From contig JYFJ02001285.1 in the NCBI GenBank assembly GCA_000934665.2, positions 62,001-84,830 on the forward strand: DNA of 22,830 nucleotides, given 5' to 3'. Position numbers and translations under genes: made by a program. Below are positions 1 to 12,023 of the stretch, one piece after another; the stretch's first letter is position 1; the number at the start of each line of letters is the position of its first letter. The notes beneath the pieces are model-generated. The model saw only the letters and a program-made list of their open reading frames with translations. It did not search any database and had not been told where the DNA came from. Source of the DNA: Catajapyx aquilonaris (taxonomy: Eukaryota).

Positions 1-185
1 CCCCTTACTGCCTAATCTTGAAGGCTTCATGAGCTCCAAAAAAAAAAAATGCAGGAAAAACTCGCGTGATGCGGGAAAGATTCTGGATCTGATAAAAATG
101 CACGTCGATACGGTAGAATTGCAAATCCCGAATTTGCGGATTTTAAAATACGTAACTTTCTAGTTATCGCTCATGTATGCAGGAG

Positions 186-205
186 CCAATTCTTCCGTGA
201 CGTAA
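186..205 (+). promoter_or_regulatory. Candidate promoter motifs of gene A (CCAAT box and CRE/ATF-like TGACGTAA)
   Basis: CCAAT at 186-190 and TGACGTAA at 198-205, about 230 nt upstream of the ATG. Motif match only. Confidence 0.3.
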
Positions 206-432
206 ATTCACTCTGGTGTAACTAATTGTGGAATTGCTGCTGGCGGTGTTATGGTAAAGGAACGAAAACGAAAGTGCTTTTTTTCTTCTTCTTATTCTGC
301 ATATGTAACAGTGTGTGAGTCCTAATTCACGGACACATGCAGTAAAAACTGTGTACATCGCATTTTGTAAATATTTCAGCAATTACAGGACATATTATGC
401 TAATGATTTTCCTTATCACTATAGTTGCAGAA

Positions 433-3400
433 ATGACATCACTTGGTCGGCTACTATGGGTAGCAGCCACTATAAGTGGTCTTCTACATTCAACCCATGG
501 CCATGCTAGTGGAGCACCCAGCTCAGTGTGTGGGACCATGACTCCCAAGCACACTGGAACAAAGGCGCAGTTATCACTCTCACCATTTGAAGTAGGCGTA
601 CCTGTGTCAACAGTGCAAGCAGGAGGAAGAATGACTGTGATCATAAGGAGCAAGCAGGGCATTCCATTCAAAGGATTTCTGCTGGAAGCCAGAGATGTTG
701 CGAGACAAAACTCTACTGTTGGCACGTTTGTCATCAAGGACCCAGCCGTTAGCCAGCTTGTCAGTTGTGGAGGTGTCTCTGATGTAAGTAGGCCTATTAA
801 GACATATTAAGAGAGGTTAATAGCATATTTAACCGTACAACTCTTTCAGACTGGTGTGACACACAGGAACAGCAATGATAAGACTAGTGTGAGTGTGGAC
901 TGGGTAGCACCATTGGATTTCACAGGAGAAGTTCATTTCTGGTAAGTTCATCTATTCATTGGACAGTCCCCACAATGTTAACTGATGTCTTTGACAACAG
1001 GGCAACGTTTGTGAGGGATTATGACACATACTGGACCAATCAAACATCCCAAGCAGTGAGTGTCACTGGAGGACAAGCACCATCTGGAAATATGGCGATA
1101 TACAACTCCTGCGGCCAGGGGAAAGCTTGCCTTGGACTTCCAAGTGGTTGCGTTGAGAGGAAAGATTGTCAGTTGGTTGTGAGCTACGTTATGAGCAATG
1201 GCAAATACATGTTTGAAATGGATGGAAAGAGCAACGGCTATGTTGCAGTTGGCCTCTCCAATGATGATATCATGGTAAGTTCCATCTTGAGATGTACCCA
1301 AGGGTGATGAGACTCAATTCCTTGTGCGACCCTTTGTTAACATTGTCATCTATTACAGGGCAATGACAGTGTTGTTGATTGTGTCCGAGAGGGTGAACAA
1401 GTTAAGGCTTACATGTCATGGAACTTGGGAAAACCAGGCAGGAGAGGAAACAGGCGCCTGCAAAATGTAAGGAATCGAATCACTGGGCTATTATTGTACG
1501 CTGATGCATAACAACTAATGATATGCATATTTTAATAGCCGCTGCAAGGATTGAGTAATGTTAGAGGCTCATACAAAGATGGAAGGATTTCCTGCAGTTT
1601 TACTAGAGAAGCACAAACTAATGTTGAAGGTCAAGACTTTAATCTGGACACCAAGCCTTACTATTTGATGCTTGCATCTGGTGACTTGGAGGAAGGTGAG
1701 TGTGCCTATGACATGCACAAGACACTTTGTTAAAATTGGTTGCAGGGATAATAATTCTGAACTACTTTTTTAACAGATGGTGCCCTGGATTACCATTATG
1801 CCAACAAAATTGTTACTCCCACTGCATTCTCACTGAGAACTGGTTTGGCTGTCACTGATGGCACTACGGTGAGTCACATGATATATTTAGAGGTGACGGC
1901 AAATCCTGCAGTTAGTACTTGAGATTTCACTGAATATTTGTGATTTTTCAGCCCTTGCCATCTGGTCTCAAATACGATGGCTGTGGCAAGGCTGTGTCTT
2001 GCTTTGGATTCCCTACGGGATGTGTTGAAGCCAATAGCTGTGAAGCAATGGTGACATATTCACTGAATAATGGAAAGTACACTTTTGAGATAACTGGCCC
2101 CAATACAGGATATGTTGCTTTTGGCCTATCAGCTGACAATAAAATGGTAAGTGCACAATCTCATAAAATAAGGCTATATTTGGAACTCACAAAACTTTAT
2201 TATCCAGGGTAATGACAGTGTTGTGGAATGCTTTAAAGATGGCAATCAAATAAGGACATATATGTCATGGAATTTCGCTACAGAAACCAGGAAAGGCAAC
2301 AGAAGGCTCCCAAATGTGAGTAATAAGAAAGCATAATGTCTGGTATTCCTGGTAATGTAATATATTTTAATGTTTGTTTTAGCCTAATCTCGGTCTGAGC
2401 GACATTTCTGCATCTGACAACAATGGACAAGTTACCTGCAAATTTGTTAGGGAACAGCAAACATCCGTTGAAGGGCATGAATTTGACTTGTCCAAGGACA
2501 ATTTCTACTTAATGCTAGCCCTCGGTCCAGTTAAAACTGGTACGTAAAGTTACTTACATGAGTCCTGTTTCTTGGCAAGGTATTCAAATAACAATGAATG
2601 TTCATTTATGTTTCAGATGGATCATTAGGGTACCATGATGATAACAAAGTAGTTGGTAGTAATCCTGTTGCACTCAGTGCTATTCAGCCACTCAAACCGG
2701 TGAGTTAAACTGTTCAGAGTATTAATCTTCCTGAACGTCCTTCTGATTGCTGATGACATACTTTAAAAAAAATGTCACTGTTGAAGAAGAACTGTAAAGG
2801 AAGATTTACGATTCAGTAGGCCTACTGAAAGCATGAAATTGACATCATATATGTTTCACAAGTGATATACCAGTACATGTAATAAAATCAATTGTCTTCT
2901 GTTTTCCAGGCGGATGATGACCCAATTTATGAAGGGTGTGCAGTGACCAAGGCTTGCTTTGGTTACCCTAGTGAATGTGCTGCAACCAAATCATGTGAAG
3001 GAGTCGTTGCTTATTCAGTGGTTGATGGTAAATACTCATTTGAGTTGAGGGGACAGAGCAGCGGTTATATTGCCTTTGGTCTCTCCTTCGATGACAAAAT
3101 GGTAAGAAATCAAGTTAGGCCTGTCATGCAAATGTTATAGAAAAATATACCTGGCTTCGAAGAGTAGTAAAATGTGATCTCACTTTTCCAGGGTGACGAC
3201 AGTGTAGTGGAATGCATGAAAGAAGGAGACAAGGTTTCTACCTACATGTCGTGGAACTTCCAGAGGTCAGGAAGGAAAGGCAACGAGCGACTATCAACTG
3301 TTAGTATCTTAATCTGATGTAATAATTTAGGTCCACTTGTTTTAAAACTAGTACACCTGTGTGCTGAACATTATCTTGTGTAATGTAGCCTCACATGGGA

Positions 3401-4981
3401 CTGGAACAAATGAGTGGATCATACAAAGACGGATGGATTAACTGCAAGTTTGTCAGAGCCAAGAATACTACTGTTAACGGCATGGAGTTTAACTTGGATA
3501 ATAGCACATACTACTTGATGGTGGCCTTAGGCGAGGTCACGTCAGGTTAGTGTGATTTGGCTGTGATGTGTTGACTAGGAATATTTCATGCCTAATGTTA
3601 CTGTGTACATTATAACAGACGGTAACCTGGAGTATCATGAAACAAGGAGGATTGTCAGTGTTAGTAGCGCAAGTCTGTCCAGTGTTGCTACACTTGCTGG
3701 CAAAAGCAATCTGCTCAAAAAACTTCACGGAGCATTCATGATAACTGCATGGATTGGAGCTGCAAGCTGTGGCATCCTGTTGGCTCGTTACTTCAAGCAA
3801 ACCTGGACCAGGAGGCAAATTTGTGGAAAGGATGTTTGGTTTGCAGTGAGTAGAAATCATCTTTGCTGTGCAACCAGTGCCTAAATGTGCAGAAACTAAC
3901 AAAACACTTTAATTTTTCAGTGGCATCGTGTCATAATGACCACTGCATGGGGACTCACAATTGCAGCATTTGTGCTCATATTTGTGGAGCTGCAAGGCTG
4001 GACCACCTACCCAATCTCGAGAAATCCACATGCCGTACTAGGGTGCATCACTACCGCACTTGCCTTCATCCAGCCAATCATGGCTTTCTTCAGACCCCAT
4101 CCCGGTACACCCAATCGGCCAGTATTCAACTGGGCTCATTGGCTTGTTGGAAACCTGGCTCAGATTCTTGGCAGTAAGTGTTGTATTTCATTGTGCTGCT
4201 TTTTAGACCCAAGTTCATGAATTAGTGACCTTAATCCGAGTCTCTCTGTTACAGTAATCACGATCTTCTTTGCTGTTACTCTTCCGGAGAAGCTACTTCC
4301 AGAGTTCACCTATTGGATATTGGTCGCCTTTGTTGGTTACCACTGCTTGATGCACCTGATTTTCTCAGTAAGAATAATAATTAAAGATTGTGTTTTGTGT
4401 TACAAACTATCACCATCATTAAACTTGACTTTTTGCCCTTCAGATTCACCAGTGCCAATCAGATCGATCAGGAGTCCACGTCATTAGTCCACCGCCTAAC
4501 AGCAAGAATGCTACACAAAGCCGAGTGGATGCTCCAGTAAGAGATGCCTTTATTTTAATGTCAATATAATGAAATTTCTCTATGACTTAAATGTTAAAGG
4601 GACCATAAAAGTATTTGTTGAACTTCTGGTTTTATATTATGAAACTGATTTCACATTTAGTGATGATTTTACGTGACTATAAAGGTCACAATAAAATATA
4701 TAGTAAAAGCAGCATTATTTTGTCGACTAACAGGAAGAAAATAATGTTTCTCTTAGCAACATGGTTGTCATAATCTGAAACCAAGCCACAATTACTAGTA
4801 TTTTTCTAAAGCCAAATTTGAAAATTTTGCTAACTGAATTTTTCAATCATTTCAGGGTTCAACATTCCGGAAGCTGATGCTCGCATTTTACCTTCTTGTC
4901 AATTGGGTTTTGACCATCGTTCTGGTCCTCCTGGTGGTGTTTTCGCCAATTGAAAATCACATCAAGGGCTTATCCTCATAG
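433..4981 (+). CDS. FRRS1: Gene A: FRRS1/SDR2-like ferric-chelate reductase with Reeler + 3x DOMON + cytochrome b561 (961 aa, 18 coding exons)
   Basis: Exons 433-783, 850-941, 1001-1274, 1359-1466, 1539-1695, 1777-1868, 1952-2146, 2208-2315, 2383-2539, 2617-2699, 2910-3101, 3192-3299, 3389-3545, 3619-3845, 3921-4173, 4255-4367, 4444-4536, 4856-4981. All introns are GT-AG with matching phases; 2886 nt, open to TAG. Signal peptide MTSLGRLLWVAATISGLL; Reeler motifs GAPSSVCGTMTPKH, FKGFLLEAR, VTH, WVAP, ATFV...YW; three Cys-rich + DOMON units; b561 His in LHGAFM, WHRVIM, NPHAVLG, WAHWLVG. ATG 433 is preferred to 397 because a ttgcag acceptor ends at 430. The symbol denotes the family, not proven orthology. 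Confidence 0.93.
1096..1868 (+). other. Gene A DOMON unit 1 (Cys-rich lead-in + DOMON)
   Basis: IYNSCGQGKACLGLPSGCVERKDC ... GYVAVGLSNDDIM|GNDSVVDC ... MSWN ... ISCSFTR ... YYLMLASG ... LDYH. Confidence 0.88.
1952..2699 (+). other. Gene A DOMON unit 2 (four exons, bounded by phase-0 introns)
   Basis: YDGCGKAVSCFGFPTGCVEANSC ... GYVAFGLSADNKM|GNDSVVEC ... MSWN ... VTCKFVR ... FYLMLALG ... LGYH. Confidence 0.88.
2910..3680 (+). other. Gene A DOMON unit 3 (membrane-proximal; end coordinate approximate)
   Basis: IYEGCAVTKACFGYPSECAATKSC ... GYIAFGLSFDDKM|GDDSVVEC ... MSWN ... INCKFVR ... YYLMVALG ... LEYH. Confidence 0.88.
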
Positions 4982-5795
4982 GTGGAATGAGCATCATTCA
5001 ACTATTTAAAGTGTCTTGTGTGGAGTTTCTGTGATCTGATATAAGAACAGGAGATGCAGACTAATAATTGTGCGGAAACACGAAAAGTGAACCCTGACAC
5101 AATGAACTAAGAACCACCGACTTTTATGCAGTGCTCTACTAATGAAGTGGATGTTTGCCTACTTTGCATGTTATGCCACTGTAGACACTGAAAACAATGT
5201 CGACAGTTGTGCTGAGTATTTTACTAACCACTATCTGAATGCATGTTCAGGTTAGTGTACAGTACTCCTTTGAGAGAAGTAATTCTGTCTCATGATCTGT
5301 GCAATTTGCCATGTTAAACATGGTGCATAACAATGTACATAGTTGAAAAAAAATATCGCATTGGCACTAGTTTTACAGTGGATTTGCTTTAAAATTTTGA
5401 ACAGAGCAAATTAATTTTCATTATACTTGAACCGTCCTTCTCAGAAGTCAGTTTTAATTACATTGTAGCACAGCTTTTGTATCATACACATGTTTGAACA
5501 CTGCCGTCTAGTGGTACAGTATTTGGAGGTGAAAAATCTGGTGATGTCAGATTTATTTTTGAATATTGTACTTGTGTACACCATCTGAACAGGACCAAAA
5601 ATTTAATTACCATTGTATTAGAATTAAATGTTTGGTACCATTAACCATGATCAGCGGGACCATTCCAAATTATGTTTTTAGTTGGTAAATATTTACATGA
5701 ATAGTTGTTCTTTTTTTTTACTTTTATTCTTCACATAAATGTTTTCAAAAGTGTCAGTCTTCAAGAGTGTAACAGACTGGAGGCTACTGGTACTT

Positions 5796-5801
5796 AATAA
5801 A
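5796..5801 (+). terminator. Candidate polyadenylation signal of gene A
   Basis: First canonical AATAAA I found after the stop codon (about 815 nt downstream), followed by T-rich sequence. Confidence 0.45.
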
Positions 5802-8762
5802 ACTAGTAGTAATGTTTCTACATGTCTCTTATAATTACCTTTCCTTTGTCACACAACATTTTCAAGTTTGCCTTGGAAACTGCATGAAATAGGAAATATT
5901 CCAAAGTGCATGAGATCATATTGAAACGTATTTATAATTGCCTAAGTGAACCATTTTTTTTTCATTCAATGTCAAATGGGCTTTTAAAATATTGGACTAT
6001 CACTTTTACTTTGCATTAATTGAACGCATCTCGAATACAATCCAAGCTGCTTACAAAAAATGCACTTTGAAATTTCTCAATCATTTTCTGGCTTTTTTAG
6101 GTATTGTGCCAGAGCTCCCATGTAACCTTGGGTAGTACTGAAATAGGTCGACTTATTACACATGGAGCAAGCACCCATCATCTACCACCCAATTGAGCAC
6201 CAGAGGTTTTACATCATTTCACGAATGTTATTTGGGTGCTGATTAATTATTTCCAGCAATGAGTAATAGCCATTAACATATTGTAAGTCAGGATGGAAAT
6301 ATATCATAAATATATACTTTTGAGTTAATGAAAGTGACAGTAATTGAGGAGTGGAAAGTTAGAGCCGCAATGTTGAAAAGCGTCTTATGAGCCTAAAATT
6401 AGTGCACACCTCTACAGACCCTTACATGACTGTATTATTATTATGTCCATCAGTAATGAAAGGGGACCTGGGTATAATTAGCTTAGGTGCTGATATGATT
6501 GATCGGTTCTAAGGTACAGTACCAAGTAGCATGTACAGTACAATAGACTCTGGGTGTGAATGAGCAAAATATGGCTGAAAATGAGGAGGGTTTTCTTGTT
6601 GTTTTTTTTTGCAAAAGGAGGTCAATTATTGTTTCTTATTATAAATTCATGTAAACAATGTCAAGATATCTAGCTCTCTCACAATGGTGTCGCTATAAAT
6701 AGCCCAGAGAGAAACTTGCAACTTGGATGATGGCCATTGATGGTCCTGTTTTTTTTTAAAGTTGTCATGCAATAGTTTACAGTGCTGTGAAGTATTGTCA
6801 GATTTTGCGATCTAGCTACACGAAAAATTTACCAAAATAGTAGGAGTTCAGATAACTTCCGTAACGCGAAATGACAAAAAATTATCATTATTATAAAAGT
6901 GACGGCCTTTACAAATAGCCTCACGGTCATAAATCGTCCGTATTATTGCACAGTCTGGGTACTTATTTTTATTTCGCTAAAGCAGGAATAGACTTATAAC
7001 TACCTGAAAGTGCACTTTTTACTAGCAAATCGAGCCTTGCAAAAAGTAACGTTTCAACACAGGATTGGAAAAATGTGTTTGCAACTTTTCACAGTTCAGC
7101 AACTAAGATATGTGCGGAGGTCCTGGTAAGTGGGGTACCTTGGTTAAGCAATCATTCATAAAAAAAAGGGAGCTAATAAATTATATGGTCTGTTTTTAGC
7201 AAGGAACCATTTTTGTATTTGTCTTTGTCAGCCTCGAAAAAAATAATGCAAAGGACCTAATAAACACTCCTATTTTTAGAAGTCGTCTCTCTCGTTGCAC
7301 TTTACTGCACGTCTGTCCGTTTTTCTTTCAGGGTGTTGCGCTAAAATAATGTTTCCTCGTAATACTCACGGTCCAAAACATGCTCTCTGATTAATTGAGG
7401 AAAAATTATTGCGTAATAACACTGTGTAGCTGTGTAGAACCGGCCTAGATGTGGGAACTATGAATATTCGACGAGAAACACCTCGTTCGCAAGCGTAATC
7501 ATCCAGTTCATGGGGGGCTGTAAACACCTGCTTATCAAAGTACTTCACTTATTTTACAACTGCAAACTGTGCTTGTTGGTGAATTTGCATGGTGCGAACT
7601 TGCAAACTAGTGCAGCCTCATTCACAGAGTCGGGTGTCTTACTTTTAGTAGAATTATAGTGTTTGTAAAATATTCCCCTTTTGAGAGAGTTTTATTCAAG
7701 CAAATAAGTGACACAAATGTTCAATAAATTAATTTGTTAACGACTTGTTGACATTAGACTAATGGTGGGTCTATCTACACGCCGGTATATCAATAAACAA
7801 CAAATTAACACTGCCATAAACAACATGCCGCCAACTCGTGCTTTTAATGCAAGGCCACCCACTGCCACCCAAGTCCACAATCCAACAATGAAGGCGGGAG
7901 TGAACCCTCCTGCAAACCACTGACAAGTAACAATCACAGGTAGGATGTGACCCTGACTGTTTTTTTTTTCTTCCCAACAGGTTGAATCTCTGTAAAATTG
8001 GAGGTAAACAATCCACAAAACAATCCTCCCTCAGGGAAGTGCGTCACACCCTGAAAATACACCCTAATTATAACAAAGAAAAAGTTTATCCAACTCTTTA
8101 GCATACTACTAATCCCCTTATTCTCTCAGTCTGCTTATACCCGCGTTGACTCATCGCCTAGGTATTATAGTTACAATAGTTTTCACTTTCGCTGTTCGAC
8201 GATTAGAGGACATTAGCGATCAGAGAGGGTGGGGCCCACTTCAAGTTATAGCACCTTGGTGAGCTTTGTCCGCGTGGTGACTCATCACCAACGTGCATGT
8301 AATACTACTTTCCCCCTGACAGCGGCAGTAGTGTGCAGAGGGACAGCATATGCGCTAACTGGTAGGGGCATATCGTACTACGTCCAATTTGGGGGGTTGG
8401 GCCAAGCAGTGTTGCCAAAATTTGGCAACTAGTTTCACAGTCAACTTTTACACAATTTTTCTTACGCCAACATATTGCATCGTATGGTAGGTCGCAATTT
8501 GACCCAAGTTCATGGCACTAAATGGCCCCAGTTGAATTGGGGCATTGGAGTGGAAATAATGGGGTGAAGGTAGTAGATCCAGTCCCGGAAAAACTTCCAG
8601 ACAAAACCTTCCCTGAGGAAGCAGTTTTTCCTGTTGGTCACTCCGACTACAACTCCCGGTGGAGCTGTTTCTTTATCCCTTCCCCTCCCCCTCAGAAAAG
8701 GCGTTGCAAGATTTTCCCACTCACAACACCCATACCTTCTTACCAGGGGCCCCCTTCTCCAC

Positions 8763-8790
8763 AAACCAACCAACCAACCACCAACCAACC
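8763..8790. repeat. Imperfect (CCAA)n microsatellite
   Basis: aaaccaaccaaccaaccaccaaccaacc read directly. Confidence 0.8.
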
Positions 8791-8794
8791 CCCC

Positions 8795-9115
8795 CTCTAC
8801 TTCTGCTGCATGCCTTCGTGGCTCTTGCCCAACAGCTTCGAATGGACCTTCGACTCAGAAGACTTGGAGGAAAAGGTGCTCCTCCAGTCTCGTGTTCATA
8901 GTTCGTCCTGTCAGTGAAGTGCTATCAAGGGGGGGATAGACAGTGCTATATTTTTTTAAGGACATTAGTAGGATAACGGACCTGTGCGGATTTCTCTTGA
9001 GCTTGGCTGCCAGCTTTCTCTTCAAGAAGGTGAGTTACTTCATTGCTGATACAGACATTGCAGTCTCCCAGGACCATTTTGGTTTTTTCTTGGCTTTCTC
9101 CGTGTCATGGGCCAT
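8795..9115 (-). mobile_element. Possible highly degenerate transposon-protein remnant (Tc1/mariner N-terminal HTH-like; GIY-YIG-like alternative)
   Basis: Minus-strand fragments in order: KNQNGPGR, KRKLAAKLKRNPHRS, TGRTMNTRLEEHL (from 8911 downward), LL...MQQK*R, broken by stops and frameshifts. Resemblance judged by eye only. Confidence 0.25.
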
Positions 9116-12023
9116 TGTCTATGGGGCCATCCGGATTTCGCGGCTAACAGTAGTTTGGCCACAGGTTCACAATAGGGGCGGTACAACAACAACAACAAAA
9201 AACGATAACGAGAGATGAAATTCCCGTTATGAAGCGGCCATGTTTTGATTGCAATGAGGCTTTTATAAAAGGTGTGCCAAAATGGATGGGCGGGCTTTTT
9301 ATTGACTATAGAATAGATATCTCAAGGCTTTTTTCTGATGTGACTGTGTCATGCCCACTTCCGCATGGTTAGCTATGCAAATAATTCGGAATATGCGGGT
9401 GAGAATATTTACACTCCCAAGGTAATCCAGCGTAACCGCGATAAGAATGTATACGGACGAAGGTGAGACGCGGCAAATAACGGGAGCCAGTTTTTCATTA
9501 ATTGTGATGATCGCAATAATGAAGGGTCCTCTCTCATTTTTCGAAGCTTTCGCGTCAAGAACATGCAAGGTGACCATCCAAGGTGAAGAACCTCGGAGCC
9601 AAATTTGCCGAGACGAGGACACCTAGAAGGTCACATTTTGAATGAAAAAAATAAAAATCACATAACATATAGAAAACGCCCTGCAGCCGATTACCTGTTT
9701 ATTATTATGAAAAAATCAAAATGGGCCCGCCTTACATTATTGCATAAAAGTCGAGCCTGGGCAATAAAGCATGGGATCAATCTCGAATCACATGTACCGA
9801 CACAAGTAAAGAGGAGCCTCGTTACCGTGTCGAAACACCTACGGGGAAAAAAAAGTAAACATGCGAATGCTTATCACGCGATGTAACAACAGTGGACGGA
9901 AGATCACCTCTCCGTGTCTCCCAAAATGCTGAGAGGTTCAAGAACTTTGAATCCAGTGCAGAATCCAACAATAAGATTTCACTAGATGCCTCCCAACAAA
10001 GAAATCGAAAGATATCGGCATTATTTGTAACCGAAAAAATAATTGAAGCCCCCCATGTACATATGTATGGTAATTAGTTTTTTTTCCTAAATTGCTTTCA
10101 TGGGTACTGTGCACTGTATGGGTAGCCTCCAATTTTCCACAGAATCGCCTGTTAACAATCAAGGATAGAAGTAGCATGTGTGGGTGGCACCGACACCCTG
10201 ATGAATCAGCGAGTTTCACGATTCTTAGGATACGGTAACAGTAAAAGTGCAAAGAAGAAGAAGAAAAAAAAAAAAGCCTATACAAAAGAGTGAAAGAAGC
10301 TTGACCTTGGCACCGTGTAAAAGCCGCAATTATTATTATGTATACAAGAAATCCAGTTGCGTATAATTATTCCGGAAATGCAACAAATGGTGAAAAAAAA
10401 GGTCGCCTCTTTAGATACGGTTAACCTTGATTTTTACGAAAGTGGTTGCCAACTTGCTGGTTATTGGTCACGTGCAAATCTTATCGCTTTTTACGATCGT
10501 TAAAAAAAAATTTACGTGCCGGACCTGGCGCACCTTTTTTATTACTCAACTTTTAATCAGAGCTCATGCATATCAGATGCCCACTTTTTCGCGCCTAGCT
10601 GTAATAACACGCTATGGAAATATGACATTAATTTAGCGAATTATACCCGTGTTATTGCAGGTTACATCATCGAGAAGGACAATGGGACTTTTTTTTTTTA
10701 AAGAGGCGGCGACAAAGTGAAAGTGTTTGTACTCTTGACAACATGAGCATCGCGATTCTTGCGTATAGTGTACATCCGGGCAATAGTGTCTAATTTTCGC
10801 GATTTTTTAAACCGGAAACTGCGACCTCCACGTTCCTTTCATTTTGCAAAAAAAAAAACGAAGAAAAATTCGAACTCACTGACCATACCGAATGTACGAA
10901 ACTGGGCTATTTTTCAGTCATTTGCACTGATTTGAAATGGGACAGTTTTTTTTTTTAAGGAATAGAATTGGCGCCATAAACTGCTTGAAAGAGATCTTGT
11001 TAAAAAGTATTGTTTCACCTGATGCCTTCCATTAAGGGCAATTATTTCTCAATGAGGGTCTGGATAAATTGGGGAATGATTATTAGGGGTAACATTAATC
11101 TCAAAGGATGTGGCTGGAACAGACTTTTGATGCCGATAGCAGCTGGTTCATGCCATGCGTTGCACACATTTTCTCAGGTTGACTGATTCTTTAGGTCATT
11201 GTCTCTTTTTCTACACACACAAAAAAAAATTGGTATGAAATGACCATCTGTAAATAGCAATAGCAACTAAAAGGCAAACTTCTGTTCGTAATTTTGTGAG
11301 TGGGTCGTGTCGAACTTGACTGTTTATTGGAGAGAAGTAAATCACTTTATGGCGTCAACAAAAGCTACAACAGACTCCCCCAAAAAGTTGTTTTCAGATG
11401 TTATCGAGTCATGAAGCGGTCTGCTGTTAGGTTATAAAATCTCACTACTGCCCTCTAATTACAAGCCATATTATTTTCGCCCTACTGCCCATACTAGTCC
11501 TTAGTCTGGAAAACTAGTTTTCACTTGGAAATGTGTACAACCCTGAACACTCACATACACCCCAATAATAAACCTGAGAACTTATCAAAAATTCCATTCG
11601 GCTGTGTCTGTACCGTACATAGCAAGTCCGTTATACATCAGGAGAAATTGTTGCTCAGCTGGTATTTTTCAATATTCTAATAAATAAATATTGCTTTTGA
11701 TTAAGTGCGTATGAGTATTATTGCGCTATAGAGAAATAATAAGGCACATTCCACTTTACACCAGCATAATGTCTAATAATAAATGACAATATTATTAATA
11801 ATTATTAATTTAAGGTGCTCACACATTACATGGCATATAAATATTTTTTACAAAAATTCATGCTGGATATGTAGTGGGTATTGGCATGACTTCAAAGGAA
11901 GTGTATTAACCTGGGTGGGACAATGCTGTCTGTCAGGTGGTGTTTTCTCTGCAAATAATTATACAAATTTTGTCTCAACATTTGCATTTACACTGATGCG
12001 GTGAATTTTGATATTTCAGGACT

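Noticed and set aside
397..432. Upstream ATGs as the start of gene A
   Set aside because: They fall in sequence resembling a branch point, pyrimidine tract and acceptor; ATG 433 gives a normal signal peptide. Not absolutely excluded.
1001..3680. DOMON triplication as an assembly artefact
   Set aside because: The three units differ extensively in exon sequence and have unrelated introns, which points to an old duplication.
327..3902. Antisense ORFs over gene A exons (327-737, 978-1301, 3537-3902)
   Set aside because: They are shadow frames of real coding exons with no recognisable motifs.
4982..5800. Iron-responsive element in the gene A 3' UTR
   Set aside because: The CAGTG loops I checked (near 5130 and 5376) lack a complementary five-base upper stem.
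9299..10701. Short intergenic ORFs as host genes
   Set aside because: No coherent exon chain or recognisable domain; KRSLVTVSKH only faintly recalls a GIY-YIG motif.
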